DNA of 64,000 nt from Octopus sinensis. Lineage: Eukaryota. The notes beneath the pieces are model-generated. The model had not been told where the DNA came from. It saw only the letters and a program-made list of their open reading frames with translations, and searched no databases. This document shows, one piece after another, positions 1-10,060 of this stretch (within the stretch, counting starts at the first letter, position 1; the number at the start of each line of letters is the position of its first letter). The DNA lies in contig NC_043009.1 of the NCBI RefSeq assembly GCF_006345805.1, positions 20,398,001 through 20,462,000 of the forward strand, written 5' to 3'. Both the position numbers and the translations under genes were made by a program.

Positions 1-382
1 CTTAATTATTATTATTATTTCTTGAATTCTTTATTATTGCTTTGAAAGTTATTAGAGTATCTGACAAAATGCCTTGTGGTATTAAATTATGGTTCCTTAA
101 TTCAGAGTTCAAATCTTGCTTGAGTCAACTTTACCTTTCATCCCTCTGAGGAGACTAAAATAAGGTACAAGTCAGCTCCTGGGGTGGATTTGTCTGCCCC
201 TTCCACCCCTACCTTGTCCCACCCCCTCCAACTTGTGTCTTGTTAACAATTGCTTTTTTACTATTTTTTATTACTTTTTCTTTATTGTTACATTAATTTT
301 TTTCAATTCTTTATGATTCCATTGTTGTTTTAATATTCTTCATTATTATTTCAATATTGTTTCTCTCATGTCTATTTTTCAG

Positions 383-424
383 TCTACTGTTTCCAACATT
401 AACAAGAGAGAAATCCGTTACCAG
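383..424 (+). CDS. TRPC: TRPC channel, penultimate coding exon (42 nt, STVSNINKREIRYQ)
   Basis: tttttcAG acceptor at 381-382, GTgaag donor at 425, phase 0/0; joins the next exon to give REIRYQ-VVIRKLISRYI, matching the TRPC C-terminal RYQxxxRxLxxRY motif. Confidence 0.8.
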
Positions 425-1091
425 GTGAAGTTTGATATTTATTATTTCTGAGAGAAATTACTGTAAGCTTTATATTGACCTTTAAAAAACATTAATTGAT
501 AAATTTGTTATTGGTTGTTGAGGTAACACATAGCCCTTTATTTCAAGATTCTAGGGAGTTTATTCAGTGGGTAGAAATGTTAGTTAAGTTGAGTTCTACT
601 CTAGAAGCAGCCATCTACTCCCTTAAGAATTCCCCTCCCATATACTCCCCCACACTCCTGCTCTATTTTTTGAAACAGACATTAATAAAATCAATTTTCC
701 ATTTGGGAGAGTTTGAACTAAACACTGTAAGGTAACAAAACATCTTGTTCATTCTACAGTGCTCCAACCTCAGATTTATGGAATGATAACTAACCTAGAC
801 AGACTTAGCTCACCGACGACATAACACTGTGTATATAATGATATGAAAATAATAAACAACCATTCCCCCTCCCCTCTTCAACTAGAAGACTTACCTCCCC
901 AGTTAAGTTCACATCTAGTTTTCTTCATTCTTGAAATAGAGAGAATACCTACACCCCCTTCCTCCCATCTTTTCGATCTGTATTTTGCTTTCTATGTTTT
1001 CTCTTTGATATTTTGGTTGTAATCAAAGAATTTTTGTGATTTATCTGAGTTTCCAATTAACAGCTGCTTTGGTTATGTTTTTCTTGCACAG

Positions 1092-1370
1092 GTGGTTATC
1101 CGTAAACTTATTAGTCGATACATCATGAACAAACAACGCCCACAGAAAGACGAAATAGTCTCCCAAGATGATGTTAATGAACTTAAACAAGATATTTCAA
1201 CATTCCGTTTTGAGCTGATGCAAGTGTTAAATAGTAATGGTTTCGAAACACCTGTAATACATCAAGCGAAAACCTCGAGTAAGAAAGATCGAATGTGGAA
1301 GAACCTTTCAGTGGCAACTGATACTAATCCCGAACAGCTTTTGGAAGAAGCTGGCTTGATTGATGAATAG
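1092..1370 (+). CDS. TRPC: TRPC channel, terminal coding exon (C-terminal coiled coil)
   Basis: ttcttgcacAG acceptor at 1090-1091; VVIRKLISRYIMNKQR...VSQDDVNELKQDISTFRFELMQVL matches the TRPC/trp coiled coil (ExKQDISxxRYEL); stop TAG at 1368-1370. Confidence 0.88.
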   Translation: MVIRKLISRYIMNKQRPQKDEIVSQDDVNELKQDISTFRFELMQVLNSNGFETPVIHQAKTSSKKDRMWKNLSVATDTNPEQLLEEAGLIDE

Positions 1371-2786
1371 TTACTTGGTTGCCTGGAAACACTTTAAAAC
1401 ATTCCTTTTATTAATTAGCATATAAAACAAGATAATTAAATATAATTTTTAAAATGATTTTTTAAAAAAATAGTAAGGTTTAAAGTTTTGTCTAGCTATC
1501 AGTGAGGCTGTGCAACTTGTTCAGTGTTTACTTTTGGTTTTCCTGTCTGAATGGAACAAAACCTTTCGTTGAGAAACACAATCAGAATTCTCATAATAAG
1601 AGAAGATAACTCGTCTTGTCTTAATTCCATCCAGTCTATGTTGCCTAGCAACACGTTGTAGGTGTGATCATGGCGAGCTTTGACCATTTCCATTTCCAGC
1701 TCACTGAAATGTCTGTCTTCCTTTGCACCAAACATACTTTTGAAAGAATTCATGAAAGTCATAAATTTCCATTTCTTTCCCTCCTTTTCTACTGAAATGG
1801 TGGGTCAAATAGGCTGAGATGGGCTCCAACATAGAAATGGTAGCTTCTTTGATGACCATTTATTGGTTGGTGGAACAGCTTTCTGTTAAGAAAAGCAAGA
1901 ATACATTCCAACCAAAAACTTTCCTAAAACCCACTTCAGTTCTCAGTCTCAGCAATCTGTATTCAGAATGTTGGCCGTTTCTTAAGTCTTCTTTCACAAT
2001 ATTCCAATGGGCAGTCTTCTCTCAAACCTTCAAGATTTCCTTGAATTCAGATTTCTTGAGGCTGAAATGGAATTTTCAAGGAAGATATTTTCGTATTTGA
2101 AGGATGAACAGAGAACATGTGCAAAACCAACATAAACGCCAGTTTCTACTCAAAACATTAAACTATCCTAAACATTCCCAACCTTTTAAATTTCTCTTCT
2201 CTGTTGTTTAATCTTGGCTTTGCAACATGCCTGGGGCTATTGTTAAGAAGACTTCTCTCAAATACAGAATTGTTTATGTACATAATAGTGACATCATAGC
2301 AAATATCATCATCATCATCATCATTATCATTGTTACCACTTACATCATTATCACCTAATTATTTTGAGGTGTATACAGCCTCCTCCTCTTCATCCTGCTC
2401 AGCCTCCTCCCATCATCATCACCATTATCATCATCATCATATAGGATGTTTGGAGAAAAATCCTCTTCCACTCCCATCCCCTCTAATCATTAGGGTCAGA
2501 AGTGACAGGAGGCTAATTGGTCGTCTTCTCATTAAATTGTGAACACTTCACTAATTGCACATGACTGATTGACAAGACAGATATCATATTTCAAAATATG
2601 ATTTCTTTTCTATATTCTAAGCTTATATTTAATATTTCCGAATCTATTATAAATGCTTCTTTTGATTTTGGCCTTTAAATTCGAATCAAACAAGGAATTA
2701 GCCATAAGTTCAGTTCCATCCTCAGACAATAGTTCTTTCTACAGAACTTTTGATTCACCACTCTAACATTAAAGACCCAAAATGTA

Positions 2787-2818
<32 letters not shown>

Positions 2819-2964
2819 AGTAAATACATACACACATACAAAAACAAACATTTCTCTTCACAAATGAGATCACTGCATCAAAAGAAATGGAAATCTTTCA
2901 AGAAGCAAAGGACAAAATATTGTTTTGGCAAGGACTCACCTGGAGGTATGAATAATTAATTTAA

Positions 2965-3225
2965 CAAACCCACACTAGCCACAACCCATACACACTTCCC
3001 AATTTAGACACACCCGTACAGTCTCCATCGCACTCACTTTCTTCCCAAGTAAACTTAGACACATCTAAATGGTTATATTTTATATTAGCCACACCCACAC
3101 ACTTTCCAAGTAGTTTAGACACACCCAAACAGTTCTGTTTTATGTTAGCCACACCCATACACTTCCCATGCAATTCACATACACCCATATAGTGTCTATA
3201 TTTGAGTTAGCCACACCCACTCTCT
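2965..3225. repeat. Degenerate tandem repeat, about 60-bp period, about 4 copies
   Basis: TTAGCCACACCC recurs at about 3085, 3145 and 3207, alternating with TTAGACACACCC half-units. Confidence 0.7.
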
Positions 3226-4217
3226 TCTCATGTGGTCCTGTTAATCACATACACCTTCAATAGTTGAAAATGTTTCTAAAATTTATCGAGTTCAATTTAC
3301 AGAAACCTCACAATAATTCCTTACCATAAGCGGTTTTTTTTTTATTAAATATAATTTATTGGAAATAATTACTTCATTTACCTAACAATTTCAATTTTGC
3401 TTTATTACATAAAAAATAAATATTTAATATTGGTCTTTAGTCACGTTCCTTAATAAATACAATTCCAGTTTCTAATTGATAGATCAAAAAGGGAAAGTGT
3501 TCACAAGGTTTTCATTGAATCAGTCAAATATAAATCATAAATTTAGTGACCTTGAAGGACAATGCAGTCACTGGGATGACCAAAATTACTGGCAAGTTCT
3601 TCAAATCCTAACCTGCTATCACAAAATTTAATTTGATCAGTTAAATATAAAATTACTAATTTATTTTGATATTATACATGAACCTTCATTTAGAGTTTAT
3701 AGAATATATGACCTATCCGATAACAATTTAACGATGTATTTTCCAGACAGCAAAGTATGCATGAAATAGCAGCAATGTAATTATTTTGTGACTGCAATTA
3801 TTGTTTGACTTTATGCTTTTTTAAAAATTATATTTTCTAATTCAAACGCTTTTGTGAATGGTAATTTAATTTGAATGTGTTAACCCTGGAATGGAACCAG
3901 TGACAGAACTAGTGTCTTGAATGTAAACTGGGCGTGAATGCTTTAACTATGAAGAGTGATATATCTATGGAGGAGTTAAATAAAGTTGTGAGACATTTAG
4001 AAGTAGAAGGTTTCATGTTATGTGAATGGATGATGCACAGACAATGGAGAGCTAACTTTATCAGGGGAGGGTAACATAGTTGAAGGTAAACCACAGAAAT
4101 GTAAAGAAAATGAAACTGAATCAGACTTTGGGATTTCAAGTCATGAATATGTACATACATACATTTATATATATGAATAAATGAAAGAATGGAGTCGAAC
4201 GAAGATGTTAACAAAAT

Positions 4218-4313
4218 TCCTTTACTCTCGACATATATTTCGAAGACAGCATGTTTTCATTCCAAAAGAATAAAGGGTGCATTATGCAATCTTCTCATCA
4301 GGAAAGAAAGGGA
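4218..4313 (-). ncRNA. Type I hammerhead ribozyme (sense to the Penelope ORF, in the 3' pLTR)
   Basis: Minus strand: UCCCUUUCUUUC-CUGAUGA-GAAGAUUGCAU...AUGCUGUCUUC-GAAA-UAUAUG-UC-GAGAGUAAAGGA; core intact and stems I, II and III pair. Confidence 0.85.
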
Positions 4314-4593
4314 GCCTCTCTCGACAACAAGACAAACAAAAATTTCGATGTGTGGGTGTGGCTAATATAAATGGTAAACAAAGCGATAATGAGTGTTTTT
4401 TTAAAAAACCGTTAGAAGAATTGGCGTCAAAAATAGATAGTAGGAAGAGAAGGGATAAAGGAATAATAGGTAGGGAACAAGTGGAGAGGGAAGGGTACGT
4501 TGATTGAAAGAATGTTCGAAGGCTTAGGAAGGAATTTCTCTATAGAAGTGGGGTGGACGTAAAGCTAATTGTTCAAATCAGTGACTATCGTTA

Positions 4594-6027
4594 TCATTTA
4601 TATGAGTAGAAAGTGTGTTTCTGCCATTTGTATGATTTTTCTATGAGTGTGTTTACTAGGGGAACCTTAGAGAAAAGAATATGGAAGAGTTCAGAGTTAC
4701 AAATGTTACAAAATCTCCTGCCCTTATCAAAAGGAAAGAATACAGACAGTATGAACCAATCTAACTTGAAAATTATATTGTTGTCTTTAAGACGCCAAAC
4801 TAATTTACTTAGCCCTGTACTATGTCGTTTTTTACTATCCCTGAATGTTGAATAGTGGTTTGAAATTCTCTTGGATAACTGGGAAGTGGACGCTCCTATA
4901 TAGAAGAAGACATCGTTACTGGAAGAAATTCTACACTGGTAAATAGAATTCTTAATCTTAGAATTACTAGACAAAAATTTAGTTCTGTTGGGGTTGTCCT
5001 CCGAGATTGAAACGAAGTTTTTATTGTTATGATTGTTGTTACTATTATTATTAGCGCTAACAACTACACTATTTCTATTATTAGTAGTATTATTAATGGT
5101 ACTACAACCAGTAATACCACCGACAATAATACCGTTATTGCTGTTACCATCAACACTATCATTGTTATTAACACGACTAATACTATTATTAATATTATCA
5201 TTGTTAACACTTTCGCTGCTACTAATGCTGTTACTATTAATACTATTCCTATTATTATGATTGTATGATGGGTTGGAATTAGCAAGATTAGTGTTGGAAC
5301 TCCCGGGTGAAGAATCTTTGTTTAGCAGCTTGGTATTGTGGGAAGATATAATTTGTGAAAGATTCCTAGTGTTAGAGAAAGCGATTCTGACCTTATGTGA
5401 ATTGATTATAGAATGATATCTAGAATTTCTGGGAAAGTTCCTAGCAACGGCTTCACGGAACTGTAAGGGAAGGTTCGATTTAATTTGTTTTCCGAAAGGT
5501 ATTACGAACCAGATACAGTTTTTTGTGGCCTTTGAATTGTTCTTAGTGTTATTTGTGATAGTAAGGGGAAAATTTCTGGGTTGAAAATTTGGGGTTGCAT
5601 GGCGCTTACCTCCCCTAGTCCGTAAAGAATTTATTTTATGTACAGGGTTGCTGGCACTATTAGAATTGAAATCATTATTCCTATTACGAGTAACTTTATT
5701 ATCTGGAGAAGCAGATGTTGGTTTAGAATGAGCTGGGTCGATGTATGACACTTTCTCCTTATAACAGGCTCTTAACAAGGCGGCATTATAGAAGTCTGCC
5801 TTTTGGTTAAATATGTCGACATTAGCAGATAATTTGGACAGTCTCAGAGATATGTTTTTAACTAAATTATCGGTAATTCGCCTGGCATGATTACTGAAAA
5901 TGCTAATATACTTAAGATTTGTGGAAGGTTTATGATAAGGGAAGTATGAGTTATTCTGCAAATTGAGGGTAATGTCTAAGAAGTTGGCTTTAGTTAATTC
6001 ATCGTCAAAAACTATGCGCAAGCCCAT
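4594..6027 (-). CDS. Penelope-like ORF, C-terminal part: RT thumb, Asn-rich linkers and GIY-YIG endonuclease
   Basis: 477-aa open frame: FLDITLNL, IWFVIPF, KVRIAFSNTRNLSQII, SIYQC...FYIG...KRISNH, TGLSKLVWRLK, FCNICNSE. Confidence 0.88.
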   Translation of the reverse strand: MGLRIVFDDELTKANFLDITLNLQNNSYFPYHKPSTNLKYISIFSNHARRITDNLVKNISLRLSKLSANVDIFNQKADFYNAALLRACYKEKVSYIDPAHSKPTSASPDNKVTRNRNNDFNSNSASNPVHKINSLRTRGGKRHATPNFQPRNFPLTITNNTKNNSKATKNCIWFVIPFGKQIKSNLPLQFREAVARNFPRNSRYHSIINSHKVRIAFSNTRNLSQIISSHNTKLLNKDSSPGSSNTNLANSNPSYNHNNRNSINSNSISSSESVNNDNINNSISRVNNNDSVDGNSNNGIIVGGITGCSTINNTTNNRNSVVVSANNNSNNNHNNKNFVSISEDNPNRTKFLSSNSKIKNSIYQCRISSSNDVFFYIGASTSQLSKRISNHYSTFRDSKKRHSTGLSKLVWRLKDNNIIFKLDWFILSVFFPFDKGRRFCNICNSELFHILFSKVPLVNTLIEKSYKWQKHTFYSYK

Positions 6028-6450
6028 TCTACTAAAAAAACCTAACTAATCTGTTCTTAACCTTCGGTATGTTTTGGTTCGAAACGTTTTGGAGGTAAAG
6101 CAGACAATCGTCGCGATAAAGACCTCCCCAGATGTCCGGGAATTAGTTGGCCATTTCATAAAGAATATAAATTCCGACCAAATCGGCTATCTGGGCGCTG
6201 TCTGTACTTCCCATTAGTACATCAAATGCATTAGGGGTATCTCTACAGACCCACAACTTGCTATCGAACTGGATGAAAGATTTCCTAGCAGTCAATATCA
6301 CACTAATTTCCTCCCTGGAGAGGCCTGCCTTATTGTGTGCATGCCATAGGGCTTTATTAAGTATAATAGGGTTGATTGAAGAATAGAAACTAGATATATC
6401 GAATTGGATAAATTTAGTGTTGGCCTTATCAGTAATAGAAGTAAACCAAT

Positions 6451-7040
6451 CTACGACTTGAACAGAAGTTTTAATTTATTAATTAATATAGGGATATACT
6501 TATCTAATATGTATTTACTAAGGGTACCGATGTCTGAACTGGAAGGGCATATGAGCCGCAATGCTGGGTTAGTATGAAAGTTCTGTTTGTGGTCCTTTAA
6601 GATGAATCTGGGTTGCCTAGGGTTCAATGGTTCCGTCTTCATCTGTAATCCGTAAGTCTCCATAATCTGCTTAGTTTCTAAGTTGGCCTGCCTGAGAGTA
6701 TTCCTACTGGTGGTCCTGTAATTCTTATGTATCTTCTTTTCGAGCAGTTCCAAATAATGGCTCTTGGTAAGCTTATAGATGTTGCCGGTTTTATCTGATT
6801 GGACCAGGATAGAATCTAAGCTGTTTATATCTCTAGAGACGTTATCGAGGTATCTGAAGTGCTTATTCCTGACGGGTGATTTATGAAATTTAATATTCTT
6901 TACGATGTCCCAAAGATCATCTTCGAATTTCTTCAATCTAGGATTAGGTGGAGGAGTTCCCCTCGACTTAAATAGTTTTTTATATTCAAGGGAGACGTCG
7001 TTACTGGTCCGTTTTAGGTCCTCATTGTTGTGGAAGAAGG
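6451..7040 (-). pseudogene. Penelope-like ORF, N-terminal/RT-proximal part (frameshifted from the RT core)
   Basis: Frame is open from AFFHNNEDLK through KKFEDDLWDIVKNIKF and ILVQSDKTGNIY to SKYILDKYIP; the RT continues in another frame (QVVDWFT). Confidence 0.85.
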
Positions 7041-7160
7041 CGTCTATCTATTTTTGACGTCAATTCTTCTAACGGTTTTTAAAAAAAAACACTCATTAAC
7101 GCTTTGTTTACCATGTAGGCAATCATCGAAATTTTTGTTTGTCTTGTTGTCGAGAGAGGC

Positions 7161-7256
7161 TCCCTTTCTTTCCTGATGAGAAGATTGCATAATGCACCCT
7201 TTATTCCTTTGGAATGAAAACATGCTATCTTCGAAACATATGTCGAGAGTAAAGGA
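7161..7256 (+). ncRNA. Type I hammerhead ribozyme (inverted pLTR copy)
   Basis: CUGAUGA 7173-7179; stem II GAAGAU 7180-7185 with AUCUUC 7227-7232; GAAA 7233-7236; stem III C-AUAU-G; GUC cleavage after 7244; stem I 7163-7172 with 7245-7255. Confidence 0.88.
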
Positions 7257-7426
7257 ATTTTGTTAACATCTTCGTTCGACTCCATTCTTTCATTTATTCA
7301 TATACAACACACAAATTTCTGCACATGAACCTGGAGTTTCTACCCTTGACAGGTCGCTTCAACCGTGTTTCTGACGTGAATTTGCTACCCAGGTTTCGGT
7401 TAAACGAATTTTCCATACTTAAATAC

Positions 7427-7460
<34 letters not shown>

Positions 7461-7574
7461 ATATCAATGTGTATGTGTGTGAGAGAGAAATCTAAAAACC
7501 AAGCTGTAAAATTATATTATTAGAAAATTAAATTGATTAGAACTACCAGTAAAGTAATTCTTTTCCTTTTTCAA

Positions 7575-7587
7575 ATATATATATGTT

Positions 7588-7662
<75 letters not shown>
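7575..7662. repeat. (TA)n microsatellite
   Basis: Direct reading. Confidence 0.95.
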
Positions 7663-7668
<6 letters not shown>

Positions 7669-7698
7669 AGGTTTGAAAATGTAATTTTAAAGATGTTT

Positions 7699-7748
7699 AT
7701 TCACTTGACCGGTTTCACTTTTTTAGAAAAAGATTGTCAAAAGTAAAA
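7699..7748 (-). ncRNA. Decayed minimal hammerhead ribozyme (solo pLTR remnant)
   Basis: Minus strand: UUUACUU-UUGACAA-U-CUUUUU-CUA-AAAAAG-U-GAAA-CCGG-UC-AAGUGAA; the core differs from CUGACGA by two transitions. Confidence 0.55.
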
Positions 7749-8179
7749 TGTAAAGCTTTGTATAAGCTTTGTTGTGTTAAGTACTGGTTGTCACAAAAGT
7801 TATAAAATACAGTTATACAGTCTTTGATAATAATAAGAAAATGTTAAAAACAGTTTACAAGAAAGTATTTAAGAGAGTATTCAGAACAGGACTACAAGAA
7901 GTATTTTGAGTTCAATAAAAATCATGTTTGTTTGGAAGCATATATATACATAGAAAGAGATATATTTAAGAATTTACAAAAAATTGGAGATGAATAACTA
8001 ACCTGTCTTTCTGACATTTTCTATCTTATGTGTAGCTAAAGAATGTTTGTTATTTTAAGGGACAGTGTGGGAGATTGGTTGGTGGGGAAGGAAGAGCAAT
8101 GTGGAATCAAAAGGATTTTTTGTTTCTGGGCTAGTCTGTCATGGTTCAGTGGTTTGTGGGACTGGTCTTAGAGGTGAGA

Positions 8180-9100
8180 ATGGTGTGAGTGTGTGTGTCT
8201 CTGTGTACGTCTCTATGTGAGTATATACATGTGCTTGTGTTTGTGTATGGGCCGATTTTGATTGGTCCCAGAGTTTATTGTGGTGTGTGTTTTATATTTG
8301 GTAGGATGGTGTGTATATATGTGTGCACGTTTGCGTGTGTGTCATTAGTATTTGTCAGGGTGTTGTGTGTGTGTATGTGTTTGTATGCATGTATGTATGT
8401 GTGCTTCTGTGTGTATGTTTGTGTTGGTGGGGATGTTATGTGTGTGTACGTGAGTGTGTGTGTCTCTGGCTGAGTATGTTTGTGCTGTTATAATTGTCCT
8501 GGTGTATGTGTGTGTGAGTGTGTGTAAGCAACCATATGTGTGTGTGAGGGTGCATATGTATGTGTGTGTGGGTATATGTGGATGTGAATGTGTTGTATTT
8601 ATCAGGGTTTCTGTGTGTGTCCGTGTGTATTGGGTTTATCTGGGTGATGTGTATGTGTGTGTGTGTGTACGTTCTGTGCATGTTGGTACTGAGTATGCAT
8701 TTGTGTGTGTGTGTATATATGTGGGTATGGTTTATGTAGTTTCCGGGTGTGTGTGTCTACGTGTGTGTGTGTGTGCTGTATTTGTGAGTGATTTGTTTTG
8801 TTTGTATTGTTAGTGCAGTGTGTGTGTATACGTGTGTATTGTTAGTGCAGTGTGTGTTTGTGTGTATTGTTAGTGCAGTGTGTGTTTGTGTGAGCGTGTC
8901 TATGTGTCTTATATTTGTCGGGGAGGTGTGTGTCATTGTGTGTGCATGCTTGTGTGTATGTGTGTATGTCTGTGTGTTTGTGAGTGTTTGTTGTGATTAT
9001 TGGGATTGTATTGTGTGTCTATGTGTGTGTGTGTTTTCTTTTGAGCGTGTGTGTGTGACTTTTTACTGGAGAATGGGCGTATTGTGTGTGTGTGTGTGTG
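8180..9100. repeat. (GT)-rich low-complexity tract with internal 30-bp tandem units
   Basis: G/T-biased plus strand; TGTATTGTTAGTGCAGTGTGTG repeated three times at about 8802-8885. Confidence 0.85.
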
Positions 9101-9352
9101 TGTGTGCGTGTGTGTACATATATGCACACATATGTACACACATGCACTCAAACACAATACGCCCATTCTCCAGTAAAAAGTCACACACACACGCTCAAAA
9201 GAAAACACACACACACATAGACACACAATACAATCCCAATAATCACAACAAACACTCACAAACACACAGACATACACACATACACACAAGCATGCACACA
9301 CAATGACACACACCTCCCCGACAAATATAAGACACATAGACATGCTCACACA
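8887..9352. repeat. Long inverted repeat (about 200-bp arms, about 65-bp spacer)
   Basis: 8887-9087 is the reverse complement of 9152-9352; the ORF track gives identical peptides on both strands. Confidence 0.92.
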
Positions 9353-9363
9353 TATATATATTC

Positions 9364-10016
9364 TTTTGTTCTTTAATTCTTTTACTTGTTTCAATCATTT
9401 GACTGTGGCCATGCTGTAGCACCAACTTTAGTTGAACAAATCGACCCTAGAACTTACTTTTTCTAAGCCTAGTACTTATTCTATCGTTTTTTTTTGCCGA
9501 ACTGCTAAGTTACAGAGATGTAAACACACCAACATCAGTTGTCAAGCGGAGTAGGGGGATGAATACACACACAAATATATACATATATACGACAAGTTTC
9601 TTTCAGTTTCCATCTACTAAATCCACTCACAAGGCTTTGGTCGGCCCGAGGCAATAGTAGAAGAGACTTGCCCAAGGTGCCATGTGAAACCATGTGGTTG
9701 GGAAGCAAGCTTCTTTGTAATCCTAGTACTTATTCTATTAGACTCCTTGGCGAACTGCTAAGTTACAAGGATGTAAACAAACCAGCATCGGCTGTCAAGT
9801 GATGGTGGGGGACAAACACAGACACTCACACACACACACACACACAGATATATATATAGATATAGATATATAGATATATATATATATACAATGAGCTTCT
9901 TTCAGTTTCCTTCTACCAAATCCACTCACAAGGTTTTGGTTAAGCTGAAGCTATAGTAGAAGACACTTGCCAAGGTGCCACACAGTAGGACCATGTGGTT
10001 GGGAAACAAGCTTCTT
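9364..10016 (-). mobile_element. Two adjacent copies of the abundant tRNA-headed SINE (family A)
   Basis: Both carry TTCAGTTTCC.TCTACCAAATCCACTCACAAGG and GAAGACACTTGCCCAAGGTGCC, shared with the copies at 16.7, 22.7, 29.1, 43.4, 57.2 and 61.0 kb. Confidence 0.8.
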
Positions 10017-10060
10017 ATTGCACACCCATGTTGTGCCTATATATATGTGTGTGTGTGTGT

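Larger units (their letters stand above)
4170..7304 (-). mobile_element. Penelope-like retroelement (Naiad-type), 5'-truncated, flanked by inverted pseudo-LTRs
   Basis: Minus strand gives AFFHNN...FKSRGTPP...KKFEDDL, DKTGNIY, KDHKQNF..P.LRLICP, FIQFDISSFYSSI, MGSTDSAQIADLVG, GGLYRDD (RT), thumb FLDITLNL, then GIY-YIG. One frameshift near 6465 and a TAA near 6140. Inverted repeats at 4170-4440 and 7044-7304. Confidence 0.92.

Noticed and set aside
4613-5285. Overlapping ORFs 4613-4855, 5029-5268, 5033-5260 and 5064-5285
   Set aside because: Shadow frames of the Asn-rich, AAT-biased Penelope ORF; no independent motifs.
4594-7040. Selenoprotein-type Naiad (in-frame UGA at Cys positions)
   Set aside because: The interruption I traced in the RT is TAA and the C-terminal frame has no TGA; no SECIS recognised.
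8189-9425. Cys/Val- and His/Thr-rich ORFs
   Set aside because: Translations of (GT)n/(CA)n tracts and the palindrome.
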